Of a DNA stretch of 64,000 bases, positions 1-13,686 are shown piece after piece. Under the pieces are notes generated by a model. That model was not told the origin of the DNA. It ran no database searches and was given only the letters and a program-made list of their open reading frames with translations. Numbering within the stretch: the first letter of the stretch is position 1; each line of letters begins with the position of its first letter. The position numbers were made by a program, and so were the translations under genes. Source of the stretch: Paraspadella gotoi (taxonomy: Eukaryota; Animalia; Chaetognatha); NCBI GenBank assembly GCA_051294375.1, contig CM119263.1, positions 392,019 through 456,018 on the forward strand, written 5' to 3'.

Positions 1-317
1 CCGTCGGGAACGCCGCGAACTCCAAGCGCCGCCATCTCCACCTCATCGACGCCCTCGAAAGATGGCGCCGTTCTGTGAAAGGCGCCGCCGGTGACGCGCC
101 CACTTCCGCCGGCGTCCACGGCGCCGTGGAATCTGGTTTCGACTCTGTCTCCCTCGTCCCCGACGACTCTTTCTCTATCGTTTAAATCGGAGACGAAGCC
201 GAGGTCTGTGGCGCCGACGAAGAAGCGTTCGTTGTCTCTGTCTCTGTCTTTCTCGTCGCCAACGTCTCTCTCTCTGTCGACTCCGATGATCGGAGACTCC
301 GTCGTCCAAACTTCCAT
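1..317 (-). CDS. 5' coding exon of an unidentified gene running off the left edge (MEVWTTESPIIGVDRERDVGDEK...)
   Basis: GC-rich stop-free minus-strand frame from ATG at 317 to position 1, preceded by a TTTCAG acceptor at 386-381. No recognisable domain. Confidence 0.5.
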   Translation of the reverse strand, partial: MEVWTTESPIIGVDRERDVGDEKDRDRDNERFFVGATDLGFVSDLNDRERVVGDEGDRVETRFHGAVDAGGSGRVTGGAFHRTAPSFEGVDEVEMAALGVRGVPD

Positions 318-438
318 CTTTAAAATCGCGTCGAGAAATTCATTTCTTTTTTTGTTTATTGCTTTATTTTCTGTTAAATTCTGAAAGAAAATGTTAACTT
401 AATAAAAATAATAATTATTAGAAAGTATGAATTATTTG

Positions 439-489
<51 letters not shown>

Positions 490-550
490 GCCACCCTAAC
501 ACTACAGTTTCTTGATCAGGATAAGTTCCTATATTCCAACCGTGCTTAAC

Positions 551-695
551 ATGTCAGTGAACATATCAGTGGACATATCAGTGAACATATCAGTGAACAT
601 ATCAGTGGACATATCATAACATATCAGTGGATATATCAGTGGACATATTAGTGGATATATTAGTGGACATATCAGTGGAAAAATCAGTGGACATA
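551..695. repeat. 12-bp minisatellite (ATATCAGTGGAC)n
   Basis: About 12 tandem copies visible directly. Confidence 0.9.
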
Positions 696-1138
696 CAGGG
701 TCCAATTTGAAACCCGATGAGTCCGGATAAAAATTCCATTTTGACATCCGATGAATGACCCAACCCCCCCCCCCTCCCAAGTCAACTGGTGAGGCTTTCC
801 GTCAGCTTCACAACTTCACCAATATTATTGTCCAATAACCTCACGCAAAAGGTGAGTTAAAATCTCCCTTACTAAGCAAAGCTCGTAAAAAAAAATAATT
901 AAGAAATCCTACCGCGCAGAACCCGTTTCGTTTAATGCAATAATCTAAAAAATTAATCTTTTTAATCTTTCTAATCTTTCTAATCCGCACGTTTGAGCGA
1001 AATCGGAAATATTGATTTATCCGATTTTTTACTTCGACTCGAAAATACGATATCCGTTTGGAATTCCGATTCATGGAGAGGAAGGAAGAAAAAAATAGCA
1101 CTCTCTATCTCTTTACTCTCTCTTCCTTTCATTTCCTC

Positions 1139-1189
<51 letters not shown>

Positions 1190-1959
1190 ATTCGATGAAG
1201 CAAGTAAGAGATTAAGAAGAAAAAATATTATCTTCTGGCCAAAGAAACCAATCCGTTAAATTTACATATGTACTACATTATGTAGTATGGGTGTAATCTA
1301 AGATTGCAAACAGACCTTAAAGGAAATAATATACGTGGGTTTGACATTCTTGGCCACGCAGGATTTTTGATCAAGCAATTCTCTAACTTTTCCACTTTGG
1401 CAGGAAGACATCGTGATTGGTGATTATTATAATTATTATTTTTATGATGATGATGATGATGATGATGTTTATGATAAATGATGTTTATGATAAATGATCA
1501 TGATGATGATGATGTTGAAAATGAGGATTCCACTCCGAATTTGTACACCGGAAGTAAAAAAAAACCAGATGCTAAAATATTTTTGTTCCAAAGATTCTTT
1601 CAGCGCGACGAACGAAAAGTTCGACTCAAAGAACAAAAATCCCAAAGGTTTTTTTGTTCTGGGAAGAGCGGAGCTCGCGGCGGCTTTTCTGGGTTCACCG
1701 GACCAACGGATTAATTGGAATCGACAAAAAGAGACGGGAAACCAAAACAAACGACGACAACAACGACGACGAAGGATTCCGAGGCTAAAAATAGAATCGA
1801 GGTCTTCAGCTTTGAAGGATCTTCCCTTGTAAACCTTCTGAACAATTTTTGTTTTAAAACAAATAACATTTTCTCCATCTATTTAATTTTTGTTATTTTT
1901 TGTCGTTAACGATTTCTATTGGCAGTTGGTTGTACTCGCGGAGCAAATCTCGAAGTCTC

Positions 1960-2376
1960 TTGGGTATCGGTCGGTCTGTCCTTTGGGTATCGGTCTGTCT
2001 GTCTTTTGGGTATCCGTCTGTCTGTCTTTTGGGTATCGGTCTGTCTGTCTTTGGGTATCGGTCTGTCTGTCTTTTGGGTATCGTCTGTCTGTGTCGTCTG
2101 TCTGTCTTTTGGGTAATCGGTCTGTCTGTCTTTTGGGTTCGGTCTGGTCTGTCTTTGGGTATCGGTCTGTCTGTCTTTGGGTATCCGGTCTGTCTGTCTT
2201 TTGGTATCGGTCGTCTGTCTTGGTTTCGTCGGTTGTCTTTTGGGTAATCGTCTGTCTGTCTTTTGGGTATCGGTCTGTCGTCTTTTGGGTATCGGTCTGT
2301 CTGTCTTTTGGGTATCGGTCGGTCTGTCTTTTTGGGTATCGGTCTGTCTGTCTTTTGGGTGTCGGTCTGTCTGTCT
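1960..2376. repeat. ~23-bp satellite (TTTTGGGTATCGGTCTGTCTGTC)n
   Basis: About 18 slightly degenerate tandem copies; source of several spurious ORFs. Confidence 0.9.
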
Positions 2377-3205
2377 TAAGTTTAAAGTCGCTATTCATAC
2401 TTTTATTTTATTCATTGTTCTAGTTAGGTTTACAACTATCTGGAAATAAATAGTAAATCGTTGTTACTTTAAGACATGAACTATAATTGAATCATTGAAA
2501 ACAATCCAATAACCACATGCAGCCTTGGGAATCACCTTTCCTCATTCAATATTTTTTCAATTAAAATAATATATACACTTTATCATTTCCATCTTTAGCG
2601 AGCCAGATTCGCTCCAAAAAGTTATTTTTAGATTCAATTACGAAACTCAGTTTTCTCAATCGGAAAAGACCTTTGCCCTAAAGAGAGACGCAAAGAGAGA
2701 GAGAGAGAGAAAGAGAGGGAGAAAGAGAGAGAGAGACGCAAAAGGATTTTTTCGTTCTACTCGTCCCAACGGAAATAAGTTTTTCCAACTATAAACAAGA
2801 ACGGTAATTCAAATGTGTTGCTCCGCAATGACTGCCTTATCACGTGTATTTTTCGTGACATGACTTGACTTGACAATACATGACGACGTGACATGACATG
2901 ACTACATGACTACAATAACTTTCTTCGCCCGTGTATTTATGACACTAACTGCATCGGAATTTTGTCTTTTATTCTTTATAGTTTTAAGATTTCCTGAAGG
3001 CAGTCCCTTATATTTGAAGTTTTTTCCTGTCTTAAAAAATGAGCAACCAACTATATGTAAGTTATAAGCATTTTTAACGTAAGTGGGATAGACCGACGGA
3101 CAGACATACCGACGATGTATGTATGTATCATGTATGTATTCCTATTAGTGATAGAAAACACACGACTTGTACACGAGAATCGTTGGGCGATTTATTTGCG
3201 ATAGT

Positions 3206-3450
3206 GGCCCTTATCTGTTCGTTTATCCCAGAATTTAATTTTAACCTAAATATTTAACCTAAATATCTTAAATTTAGACTCCAACCTTAACTTTCCTAAA
3301 CACGAACACTAATCGCTGCACACTAACCTAAATTTCTAACCTGACGTAATCCCTAAACCTAACCTTTAAGTTTAACCTGCTCTTTAACTAAAAAAAATTA
3401 ACCTAATTCCAATTTTAAGTTAAAATTGGATGTTCTGGAAAAATAAGGCC
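3206..3450. mobile_element. MITE-like element with degenerate (TAACCY)n interior
   Basis: Imperfect inverted ends GGCCCTTAT...CCAGAA / TTCTGGAAAAATAAGGCC enclose many TAACCT/TAACCC-like units. Same architecture as 20496-20736. Confidence 0.5.
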
Positions 3451-3807
3451 AATCGTACATCGTGTTTGATATTTATGACTCATTCTACCTCCTCATTATA
3501 AGGAGGCCGATGAACTTTTTCAACGAAAAAGATTCTATATTTATTTCCTGATCTTTTTCTTCGTTTAACGATTCTCATTCGTCAGGAATCTGCCAAGACT
3601 TTGTCTCAACGTGATCGCGATGCGCAAAAATCGTTCGTTATCCAGCGGAGCGGAGAGAAAGAGCTGCGTAGCGTGGAGAATGTGCTAAGCAGCGTGGAGA
3701 ATAAAAGACGCTGAGGGGAGAATGAGCTACGCAACATTGGAGAATGAGAGACGCCGCGTGGGGAATTCGAAACGTGAAAATGAGGGCTTGGAGCGCGTGA
3801 CATCGAT

Positions 3808-3945
3808 GGCTTGGCGCTGAGTGAAAAAATTAATAGTATTTAATGAGTGTCATAGAGGGCTTGGCGCTGAGTGAAAAAATTAATAGTATTTAATAAGTGT
3901 CATAGAGGGCTTGGCGAAGAGTGAAAAATAGTATTTAATAAGTGA
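3808..3945. repeat. ~50-bp tandem repeat x3 (GGCTTGGCGCTGAGTGAAAAAATTAATAGTATTTAAT...)
   Basis: Three direct copies visible. Confidence 0.85.
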
Positions 3946-4160
3946 CGCCGGTGTTTTTGTCACAATCCTAAGTCGAGTCGGCGGAAATAGAAACTGAGTC
4001 ACATCACCCTTTTAAGACGGATTTTTTTAAAGAGTGAAAAAGTATCTTTCTTTTCTTTTACTATTTTAATGTACGTCTGTATTTAACATAACCGCGTTTT
4101 GACTAAATTAAGGATAAAAAGAAGAACGGAAAGAGGAAAAAAGGACGGAAGGGATGAGGA

Positions 4161-4240
<80 letters not shown>

Positions 4241-5390
4241 AAAGAGATAGAAAGATAGAAAGAAAGAAAAAAAAGGTAATAATCTTCGTCTTCGACGTAG
4301 TCGTCGTCGTCATCGTCTTCTTCGTCTTCATCGTCATCATTGTCATTGTCTTCATTGTCATTGTCTTCCTCGAGGTTTTCAATTTCATCTTCATCGTCGT
4401 TGTCTTCATCGTCTTCATCGTCGTCGTCTTCATCGTCATCGTCATCTCAAGTGTTGAGCTTAAATCAACTTTTCGCTCGAACTTTTTTTAAGTTTTCTTT
4501 TTGAGTAACGATTTTTGCTGAGGATCGAATTTTGAGTCGTTGACGTCAACATCTTCGACGTCATCGCGGGTCGAGTCGTCGTCGTCGTCGTTGTCGTCGA
4601 TGTTGTCGTCGTCATTGTTGTCGTCGTCGTTGTTGTCGTCGTAGTTGTTGTCGTCGTCGTTGTTGTTTTCGACGTCGTCGTTGTTGTCGTCATCGTCGTC
4701 GTTTTCTTGAACATATTTTGATATAACCCATAAACGCAACAAAGAGAAGCATAAGCGCCACCTTTGGGCTTTAATTTAAAAATCGAAAATTTAGGCAGAT
4801 TTATTGGCCGCTATTTTCGTCGTTGTTGTTGTTGCTGTTGTTGTTATTGTTGTTGTTTTCGTTCTTATTTATCCAATGTTTATAATCATTTTCTTTGTCG
4901 TCGTCGTTTCGAAAACCTTCGTTGAGGATTTACTTTTTTTTCTTTTTTTTTCTTTTTTATTTAGGATGAAGTTTGTTTTTGTTGATGTTGTTGTTTTGAC
5001 GTTGTTGTTCCACATTTATTTTGATCTTGATTGAAAGCAGAAAATTGGAAAACGTAAACAAAAAATCAAATCTCGAGAACGAGGCTCTGACGCTAATGTA
5101 CTAGAAAAATATCGGAAAAAACTTCGGGCTCAGAAATCAAAATGTACCTTGAGTTTTGATTTTAAGTTGTTAACAAAAATGTGCTTCTTTACGTATAACG
5201 AAAAAAAAAGAGAAATTGCTTTGGTATTTGGAATAATTCTGTTACTTAAAAAACAAAATAATTGTCACGATTTGATAACTAAACTCTTCATAAATAATTA
5301 CTAAACTTCAGATAACCTCGTTTCAATATAGTTAAGTCTTAACTTAAGATGGTCGTCGCACTTCGATCACTGTGCTCTAAGTTAGAGTCT

Positions 5391-5640
5391 AACTGTTGTT
5401 CTCCAAGAATGTTCGAACTGTTGTTCTCCAAGAATGTTCGAACAGTTGTTCTCCTAGAATGTTCAAACTGTTGTTCTCCAAGAATGTTCGAACTGTTGTT
5501 CTCTAAATGTTGGACAGCCTTGTTCTCCTAGAATGTTCGAACTGTTGTTCTGCTGGAATGTTCGAACTGTTGTTCTCTTAGAATGTTCGAACTGTTGTTC
5601 TCCTGGAATGTTCGAACTGTTGTTCTCCTAGAATGCTCGA
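5391..5640. repeat. 25-bp satellite (CTGTTGTTCTCCTAGAATGTTCGAA)n
   Basis: About 10 tandem copies. Confidence 0.9.
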
Positions 5641-6134
5641 TGCTCCAACGATCGAGATGAGGGTAACAACTCAGCCACACAACTTATTTAAATCTATGCT
5701 ATATTTCTTGTTAACAGAATGAACAAATGGGAAAATCAATAGAAAATAATCTTCCTTATATAGACATCAGACATCATATGTATAAACGACGACATAATCT
5801 TCAGTTAAGCCCGAAATATTTAAACTAACAATAATGTTTTCTCTTCGATATCATTTGTCACGTGATTCGTGTCGTTTCCTCTTCTTCTTCCTCCTCCTCC
5901 TCCTCCTCCTCCGTCCAGTCGAATCCTTAATCGAAATCTTTCTCATTTTTTTCTTTTCTTCATTTTTTATTCTTCCAATTCCTTCATTTTTCCTCATTTT
6001 TTCCTCATTTTCCCTCAGATTTGACGCCTTCCCCATTTTTCCGTCATTTCCCGCCACCCGAAACTTTTTTGGGGAGTTTCTTTTACATTATTTCTTTCTT
6101 TTCCTTCATTCCTTTTCTTTTCCTTATTCTTCTT

Positions 6135-6590
6135 TAATTCTCTTTCCTCCCTTTCTCCCTTTCCTCCCTTTCCTCTCTTCCTCCTTCCTCTCTTTTCCCT
6201 TTCATCCCTTTGCCTCCTCCTTTTCCTCCTTTCGCTCCCTTTCCTCTCTTTCCTCCTTTCTCCCTTTTCCTCTTTCTCTTTCCTCTTTCCTCTTTTTCTC
6301 TCTTTCCTCCCTTTCTCTCTTTCTCTCTTTCCCTTTCCTCTCATTCTCTTTCTCCCTTTCCTCCCTTCCTCTCTTTCCTCCTTTCCTCCCTTTCCTCTCT
6401 TTCCTCCCTTTCTCTCTTTCCTCCCTTTCCTCTCTCTCTCCTTTCCTCTCTTTCCTCTCTTTCCTCTTTTCCTCTCTTTCCTCCTTTTCTCCTTTCTCCC
6501 TTTCCTCTCTTTCTCTTTTCCCTCTTTTCCTCGCCTTTCTTCTTCTCCTCCTTCTCCCTTTCCTCCCTTTCCTCCTTTTCCTCCCTTCAA
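6135..6590. repeat. Long polypyrimidine/polypurine tract (TTTCCTCYC-type units)
   Basis: About 450 bp almost exclusively C/T on the + strand. Confidence 0.9.
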
Positions 6591-7388
6591 TTTTTCCAGA
6601 TTCCCTCCTTGTGAGTTTCTCGTTTATCACGCGAGATTCTGCTTCAGCTTAAAAAACCCCCAGCTTGTCGCTTTCAGAGGAAGTGAATAGAAACCGATCG
6701 ATCTTTTTTAAAAATTGAATAAAAAAAAAATCAAAATCATAAAGTGAGTAATCTACAACATTCACGGCGGGTTCTTAACTAAGCTAAGTTTAAAACTTAT
6801 TTGGCTTTAACATCGTATAACTCTTATCTTTTTAATCCGATTAAATCCGTGGGTTTAAGTGAAGGAATGCTTAATTCTTTAATTAGCTTGGTGATTAATT
6901 TAATTTCTCTCTTCACGTTTGTTCACGAGTGATTCTTTCACTATTCTCATTCGGATTCTCAACACGGTGCGTCGATGACAACAATTTTATTTGAGACGCG
7001 ATTGGCCGATGGGGAGATGGAAGTCGTCGCTGATTGGTCGGTCCATATTCGTTAGACGTTAAAAACTGATCTCCTAAAACTGGACGGCCGAACGTAGGTA
7101 ATTATACTATAGTCTCAACCCAAGAAATGGATAAATGGATCAGATTGATCAAGCAGCTTGTTTTGCTTGTCAAGAGGCTTCCCTCACGGAATCGACGGGA
7201 GAGAGATGAGAGAAAAAACGAGTCAGTCTTAAACTTACCTTTTAAAATTAACGTTTTATTCTACAATACTTCAATAGTATTAGTAATAAGAAAATTTCAT
7301 TTGTACCTTTAAATATTTTTATTAGCATAATTTTCCTTAATTAAGCTTATCCTCGTGTATTTTACGTTAATAAAACTCACGAAGAGAC

Positions 7389-7546
7389 AGAATATAAGCA
7401 GTCCCTGAGCTCTGAATCAGGCTGTAACACCATGTTACAGGCAGGTTAAGCAACCCCGTCCCTCTTAACTGCCAGGCGACCTCCAGGCTTGAACCCCAGA
7501 CCCTTGGGTTGGCAGGCGAATGACTTGCCTCCTGCATCAATGGCCG
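7389..7546 (-). mobile_element. tRNA(Gly-like)-derived SINE; second copy at 14268-14425, 3' fragment at 38018-38092
   Basis: Minus strand has an A-box-like TGATGCAGGAGG, TCGCCTGCCA (as in the tRNA-Gly-GCC anticodon arm) and a B box GGTTCAAGCC. Its tail (GAATATAAGCAGTCCCTGA...CCGTCCCTCTTAACTGC on +) recurs independently in an SLC16 intron. Confidence 0.6.
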
Positions 7547-7827
7547 CCGACGAAGGGTTGGAGGATTATACCACGCCAATGTCTATGTCGCTTTGTTGAT
7601 CTCATCTGATTCTTTTCTGTTCTTACCGGGTTGTACGTAAAGGTCGCATTTCTTCTTTTAAACGACATAAACGAAGACCGACCGACCAAGGGACCTCCCC
7701 CCCCCCCATCGCGGGCTTCGCTGCGCACGCGACGCTCAACCGGTTTTGCGTCTCATCTGGTTCTCGCGTCTCACTATCGCGGCATCTAATTTTCGCGTCC
7801 AATTTTCATGTCGCCATTTGCGGACCC

Positions 7828-8101
7828 ATTCATGGCCTCAGTCATAGCCTCATTCATGGCCTCAATCGGGGTCTCATTCATAGTTTCATTCATGGCCTCA
7901 TTCATGGCCTGTTTCACGGCCTCCTTACTGGCCTCTTTGACGGCCTCATTCGGGGCCTCATTCATGGCCTCAGTCGGGGCCTTAATAATGACTTCATTCA
8001 TGACCACATTCATGTTTTCATTCATGAACTCATTCGTAGCTCCATTCTTGGCGCCATTTATGGCCTCATTCCTGGCCTCATTTATGGCCAAATTTATGGC
8101 C
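7828..8101. repeat. 12-bp minisatellite (TTCATGGCCTCA)n, also at ~14708-14980
   Basis: Degenerate tandem copies; explains the EAMN-repeat ORFs. Confidence 0.8.
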
Positions 8102-8936
8102 ACTTGGCGATGAATGTGACGAAATAATTTCTTTTGTTTCGGTCGTTTATATTTTTTTTTTTTTTTTGGCTCGAGTTGCGACAGGAGTTGGGAAAGTTAT
8201 GATCGGACAGACATTAACTAAGCGAGCGAAATTTAACATTTATTAATTACGTCTCTATTAATTGGCTGTTTAAAAGTCAACGCCTACATGAAATACGAAG
8301 ACGGTTAGGAGAAAAGACTAATGGACAAAAATAATCAAAGAAAGAAATAATGTAGATACAGACAGACTGGTCAGACTTGAACAAAAATATTTTGTTTGCT
8401 TTTCATATTAAGTCATTTCTGAGAGATGAGTTGTCATAATAATCAAGTTATTTAAATTGCGTCGTACATAAAAATTGTATTCATACATTTCGAAGTTTAA
8501 CGATTTTCTTTTCAGCTGTATCAGGAGGAAGACGGGAAAACAATTTCTGTTTAATTTCTTTTTTTTAAGTTAGTTATATTTTATTTTTATCCAAGTTGCC
8601 GAGGAAAATAGATCTTGGAAAGTATTGCGCTTTTTTTTATGTCAACACGATTGTCCGTGGTTTTCTTCTGTTGCCATTTAAGTAGTTCATTGTTATCGTT
8701 ATTCTTCGTTCGCTAAGAGTTATTGTTTTTTTGCGCCGGAATTGTCGTCGTCGTTGTCGTCGTCGTCGTCGTCGTGGCTGCTCATTTCCGCTTGTTTTTG
8801 GTTCGTTTATTGTTTTTCATTTCTCTGATTTTTAACTGTTTTCTTTTGTGTGTGTACTTGTTTTCTTTAACTTTATTTTGACTTCATTTTATTGTCTATT
8901 ATTATTCTCATTAATTTTATCATTTTGTTTGTTTAT

Positions 8937-8974
<38 letters not shown>

Positions 8975-9059
8975 TGTCATCCTCGAGTTTTTATCGTAAA
9001 ATTGTTGTATCTTCTCTTATCTTTTATCTCGAACGGAAAGAAAACCACTTCCGTTATTT

Positions 9060-9153
<94 letters not shown>

Positions 9154-9494
9154 AAGAAAGAGAGAGTATCATTAGGTATGCTCTCAAGCATCAACTCTCA
9201 TGTTGTTATAAATCACCTCATCTGAAAAAGAATTCTTGATATGAGATGAGAAATAAGTTCTGACATTTCTCGATTTAAATTTTAAAGTTAGTAGAATGAG
9301 CCAACTGTTGCGAACTGAAGAAAATGAGGAAATGAGAAATTGAGGAAATGCGGAAATGAGAAAATGAGTAAATGAGGAAATGAGGAATTGAGGAATTGAG
9401 GAAATGAGGAAATGAGGAAATGAGTAAATTTGGCGAAATGAATACGAATCAAGATAATTTTTTTAAAAAAGTGGACGAGGAAAATGACAGGGTA

Positions 9495-9920
9495 AAGGAG
9501 GAGAAAAAATGGAAAAAAGGAGTAGCAAAGGGAAAAAATTTGAAAAAAGGAGGAGCAAAGGGACAAAATGGAAAAAAGGAGGAGCAATGGGAGAAATTGT
9601 GAAAAAAGGAGGAGCAAAGTAAAAAATGGGAAAAAAAGAGGAGCAAAGGGAGAAATTGTGAAAAAAAGGAGCAAAGGGAAAAATGGGGAAAAAAAGAGGA
9701 GCAAAGGGACAAAATGGAAAAAATGAGGAGCAAAGGGTGAAATTGTGAAAAAAGGAGGAGCAAAGGGAAAAATGGGGGAGAAAAGAGGAGCAAAGGGACA
9801 AAATGGAAAAAAAGAAGCAAAGGGAAAAAATGAAAAAAAGGAGGAGAAAATGGAAAAATGGGAAAAAATGAGGAGCAAAGGGACAGAATAGAAAAAAAGG
9901 GGTGCAAAGAGAAAAATTGG
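9495..9920. repeat. ~29-bp purine-rich satellite (GGAGCAAAGGGA..AAATGGAAAAAA); also 16695-17120, continuing at 18118-18245
   Basis: Tandem GGAGCAAAGG units; in copy B the array is split by the Helentron-like element. Confidence 0.85.
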
Positions 9921-10552
9921 AAAACAAGTTTGATCAAACAATGTCGGATCTGTCTACGATAATCAGCTAATCTGCGGTAATCAGCTCATCAGATTATAAA
10001 TGACGATAATTCTTTCGATTTGTGATTATAACACATCGTACCATACCAAACCAATGGCTGCGCATATACATGTAAATCGCTTGCAAGGGATTAAACTGAA
10101 CTGTTACTATGGTAAAAACAAATAATTTTTTTAACTATTATTATTTTTTCAACTTTTTTTTCAACTTGCAACATTTTTTCAATGAGGGTCTCCAAAAGGC
10201 ATCATTTTTTTAACTTGCACCATTTTTTCAACTTGCATAATTTTTTCATCTTGCATCATTTTTTCAACTTGAATCATTTTTTCAACTTGAATCATTTTTT
10301 CAACTTTGCATCATTTTTTCAAATTTAATTAATTAATCAAGTTATTAACTAATTATTTTTTTATGAGTAAGCATAAATAATAAAATTACAAATCAACTTA
10401 CTTTGGTTTTTTTCATGCAAACTCATTTCCACTCCTCGATTCCATCAAAACTTTATATTCTGCTCAATCACACACTTTCCTGCCAACACACAAAATTTCA
10501 TCACATTCTATTCATCCAATTATGAATAATTTGAGTAATTATGGGTTAAAAT

Positions 10553-12700
10553 GTCGATAAAGTACACCACCATCATTTGTAGCAAGCCTGTGCAGATGTT
10601 AAATCTGTACTTTGTGGATGATGGCATTGAACTTGTTTGTTTCACATTGTTAATGGAATCATCGCTGCTTTGAGTTTCTTTTGTTTGCCGATGAAGCAAA
10701 GAATGGTGGTTTTTAGAGTTACACGTTTTACAGCATAACTTTGTGATCTTGCAGTCAGAAATGTTTGATTCAAACACCGAAAACATTTTCTTAGCATACT
10801 CATAATTTTACTAGGTCAACCAGACAAATAATGTTTCAGTGCACAAAGGGCATGTTAAACACTTTTTACTTGGTCATTAAAATTTTTTAGCACTAGATTT
10901 TTTTTCATCAGCCGAGCCATTACTCCAAGAATCCTCATTTGTATGATTGGAGCTACTAGAGTATTGCAAAAAGTCAATGGAAGTGTTAGCAGCTGCACTT
11001 TAATAACATCTTTTGGAGGAAAACTTGGACGAGCATATGGAGACTCCAGCTGTTTGACTTGATCATCCAGAAAGTATAAGAAATGGTCAAATTTGTGATA
11101 AACGGTCAAACTTGTGATGGAAGTATTGCCATTTATCACGTAGAAAATGGAATGCGCTATAAATCAAATTGTTTTCAAGATCGATGTTAGAAAAACCTTC
11201 ATAATCCCAGACATGAAGAGCAGTGTTTTTAAGCCTCTTCAAGGCTCCATAACAGGTTCTAAGAAACCAACAAGATCGCCTTTACTTAAAGTAGTCTAGT
11301 TTATAATATCACGTAATCTTCAGCAGCAGTATGTTGCCTATACACCCAGTGATGAACTACTTTGTGTTAGCATAAAGCTTTGGTGCATCCCAGTTTCATT
11401 TTCAAATTGCTTAATGGAATTATGAGCCTCACCAGTCGTCCATTTAACAACTCAAGATACTTTTCACGAATCATCTACCCCAGGAAGTCCTTCTACATCA
11501 ATAATAAATAGGAATGACGCTAAACTATAGCTGTCACCCTTCCACCTCTTATCTTCCTTAGGCCGTGCTCGCTCCAGTTTAGCCGAAGAATGCCAGAATA
11601 ATGCTGGGATCAGGCTTGAGTAGGAGCTGAAAGAACATGAAGGTGGAGGCATCATTGGCTTAAATTGATTGCTTTGATTTGGGTTGGGATGGAACCTGAG
11701 GAGTGGATGGGAATCCAGAGTTGCCAGATGCTGTTGGCGGGCAAGTGGTGATCTCAATGGTTGGGGGTTTAAACAATGCATGAGGAACCGGAGTCTTAGT
11801 GCTAAAGCTTGGTTTAATTCGTACTTTTAATATGGATTAAATGAGGGGAGCTTCATGATTTAAAGTAGAAGCTTCAGGCAAAATGAACCAAGTCATTGCC
11901 CTTTGCCCTCTCTTGTTTATTCATATCATTCCAATGTGTAACCTTGTCAAAGGCAGAGGAGTCTTTGGTAAACCGGGTGTGTTAGGATGGAGGCATCATC
12001 TGTAAAATTTGATATCGTCATTTAATTTACTTAATTCAGTTTTCCATCATCCTTTCCCTTCCCTCTTTTTCTCCATTATCTTCCCTTTTATTTTTTAATT
12101 TTATTGCTAAATTATTTAATTTTCTTTTGTGCTTCTTCCAATTCCAGAGCATCTTCTCTTTCTTCCCTTTCCTTTTGATCACCAGATCCTTTTCATTAAT
12201 TTTAAACTCTTGATGTTATATTTTCTTTCCGTTTCCTTTAATTTTAAACTCTTTACGCTGGATTTAGTTCCCCTTTGACGAAGCTCTTGAGCTTTGAGAT
12301 CTAGCAAGAATGGACACGGACTTAGGAGCATTAGGGAGCAAGAGATTGTTATTGACAACGTATTTATTGACTTAAGTAACCTCTTCCATTCGTTCATGAA
12401 ATGTGGATTCTTCCTTTTCATATTCCTGTAATGCTTTCGAATTTTCCGCTTCCCTTTCCTTAGTCAAACCCTCGCCCTTCAATTCATTGTATGTTTCACT
12501 AGCCAGAGTATGCAATCTTTCATGAGCTTGTTTTGGCAATATTAATGCTTTCCTCCTTACGTGAGGTTTGGGCAGCTAGCACTTATATTTAAAATCGTGA
12601 AATGCTATGGATAATGGATGTTTTTTTAATTTACCCGCCCTTGTGAGTATTGACGAGTTAGACATGATTTCAAAAATTCATTAAACCACAAGACACGAAA
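10553..12700 (-). mobile_element. Degraded/frameshifted BEL/Pao LTR-retrotransposon gag region
   Basis: Minus strand ~10860-10690 encodes, across frameshifts, CPLC, CFRCL...C and CKTCNSKNHHSLLH, the three-knuckle signature ending in HHxLLH typical of BEL/Pao Gag. Upstream fragmented ORFs look coiled-coil/Pro-rich. No pol is present. Confidence 0.65.
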
Positions 12701-13686
12701 CCGAGATATAAAAGCAAAGCCAACCCTTATAATAAGAGGAAAGCAAACTTATAATGGCATAAAGAAACCATGAAAGCGAGAGAGTAGAACGAAAGAGTTT
12801 CCTTTTAAAAAGGGAAAACCAAATTCAAAAATAGAATTCAAACGTAACACATATAGTAGAACCGATTTATAAAGAAGAACGCGTTTCGTTAAGATTAAAG
12901 CGCAAATTCGATTCGCGAAGAGAGTCTTTATTTAAATTATTCGCGTTTACGAGATAAAAGACGCGCGCTGAAATCGTTTTCATTTTCGCATTTCGAATTA
13001 TTACGAGATTCGCGTAGTTTATCTTTTTTTTTTATGCACTCGAATTTTTTTTCGATTTATTTTTAGAAGCAAATTCGTTTCTTTTTCGCGAGTTATTAGT
13101 CTTATTCTTACGCCGCCGCTTAGTTGAGTGAATCGCTGACCGATCGTGAAGGAACGCGCAACAGAGATTCGATGAGATTTGAGTTCCTTCTTTAAAGGGC
13201 GTTTATTAAAATCCGAAGTCGAAATAGATTTTTGAGGATTTTACCCGTAACGCCGTGAGCGAGCTAGTGTTTTCTGACTTGCTATTTATTTATAGAGATT
13301 CGAAGAATGTAAATTTAGTAATATTTATTGTAGTAGACATAACATGAGCGTGAGACGTGAGCAAGTAGAAGGGAGACTATTTCTAAAAGATACAAAAAAA
13401 AAGAACTTTTTAAAAAATAGTCAACTTTAAGCTTACACATAAAATTACAAAAATATCATTTTAAATGCTTACCGACTGTCACGAATCATTGGTAACTTAT
13501 CCTCTTAGTTTTAGGTAAGCACATCTCTTTTTAATATTTGGTTAAGGCACAATCATAAGGACTAACCAATCAGAGAGCGACTTTTAAAATACTTGATCAA
13601 TCAGATACTTCGTAAGCAACAAAAATACGAATTCAATAATAAAAAGGGCATCAAACAACCGAGAGACTATCTCGTAACAATAAAAA

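Larger units (their letters stand above)
6806..10552 (+). repeat. Segmental duplication copy A (matches 13687-17752)
   Basis: Near-identical from TTTAACATCGTATAACTC to ATGGGTTAAAAT; differences are mostly 1-nt indels. Confidence 0.95.

Noticed and set aside
4083-6652. Long K/E/R-, F/L/S- and D/T-rich ORFs
   Set aside because: Products of (GAAA)n, (GTC)n and polypyrimidine tracts.
7389-7480. Possible twister-ribozyme-like sequence
   Set aside because: Core pairing could not be built; the opposite strand is better explained as a tRNA-derived SINE.
7480-7546. tRNA-Gly gene
   Set aside because: No acceptor or anticodon stem pairing, and it continues into a dispersed tail, so it is a SINE head rather than a tRNA.
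9288-9941. Phe/Pro-rich ORFs (and copies at 16492-17137)
   Set aside because: Satellite translation in all three frames.
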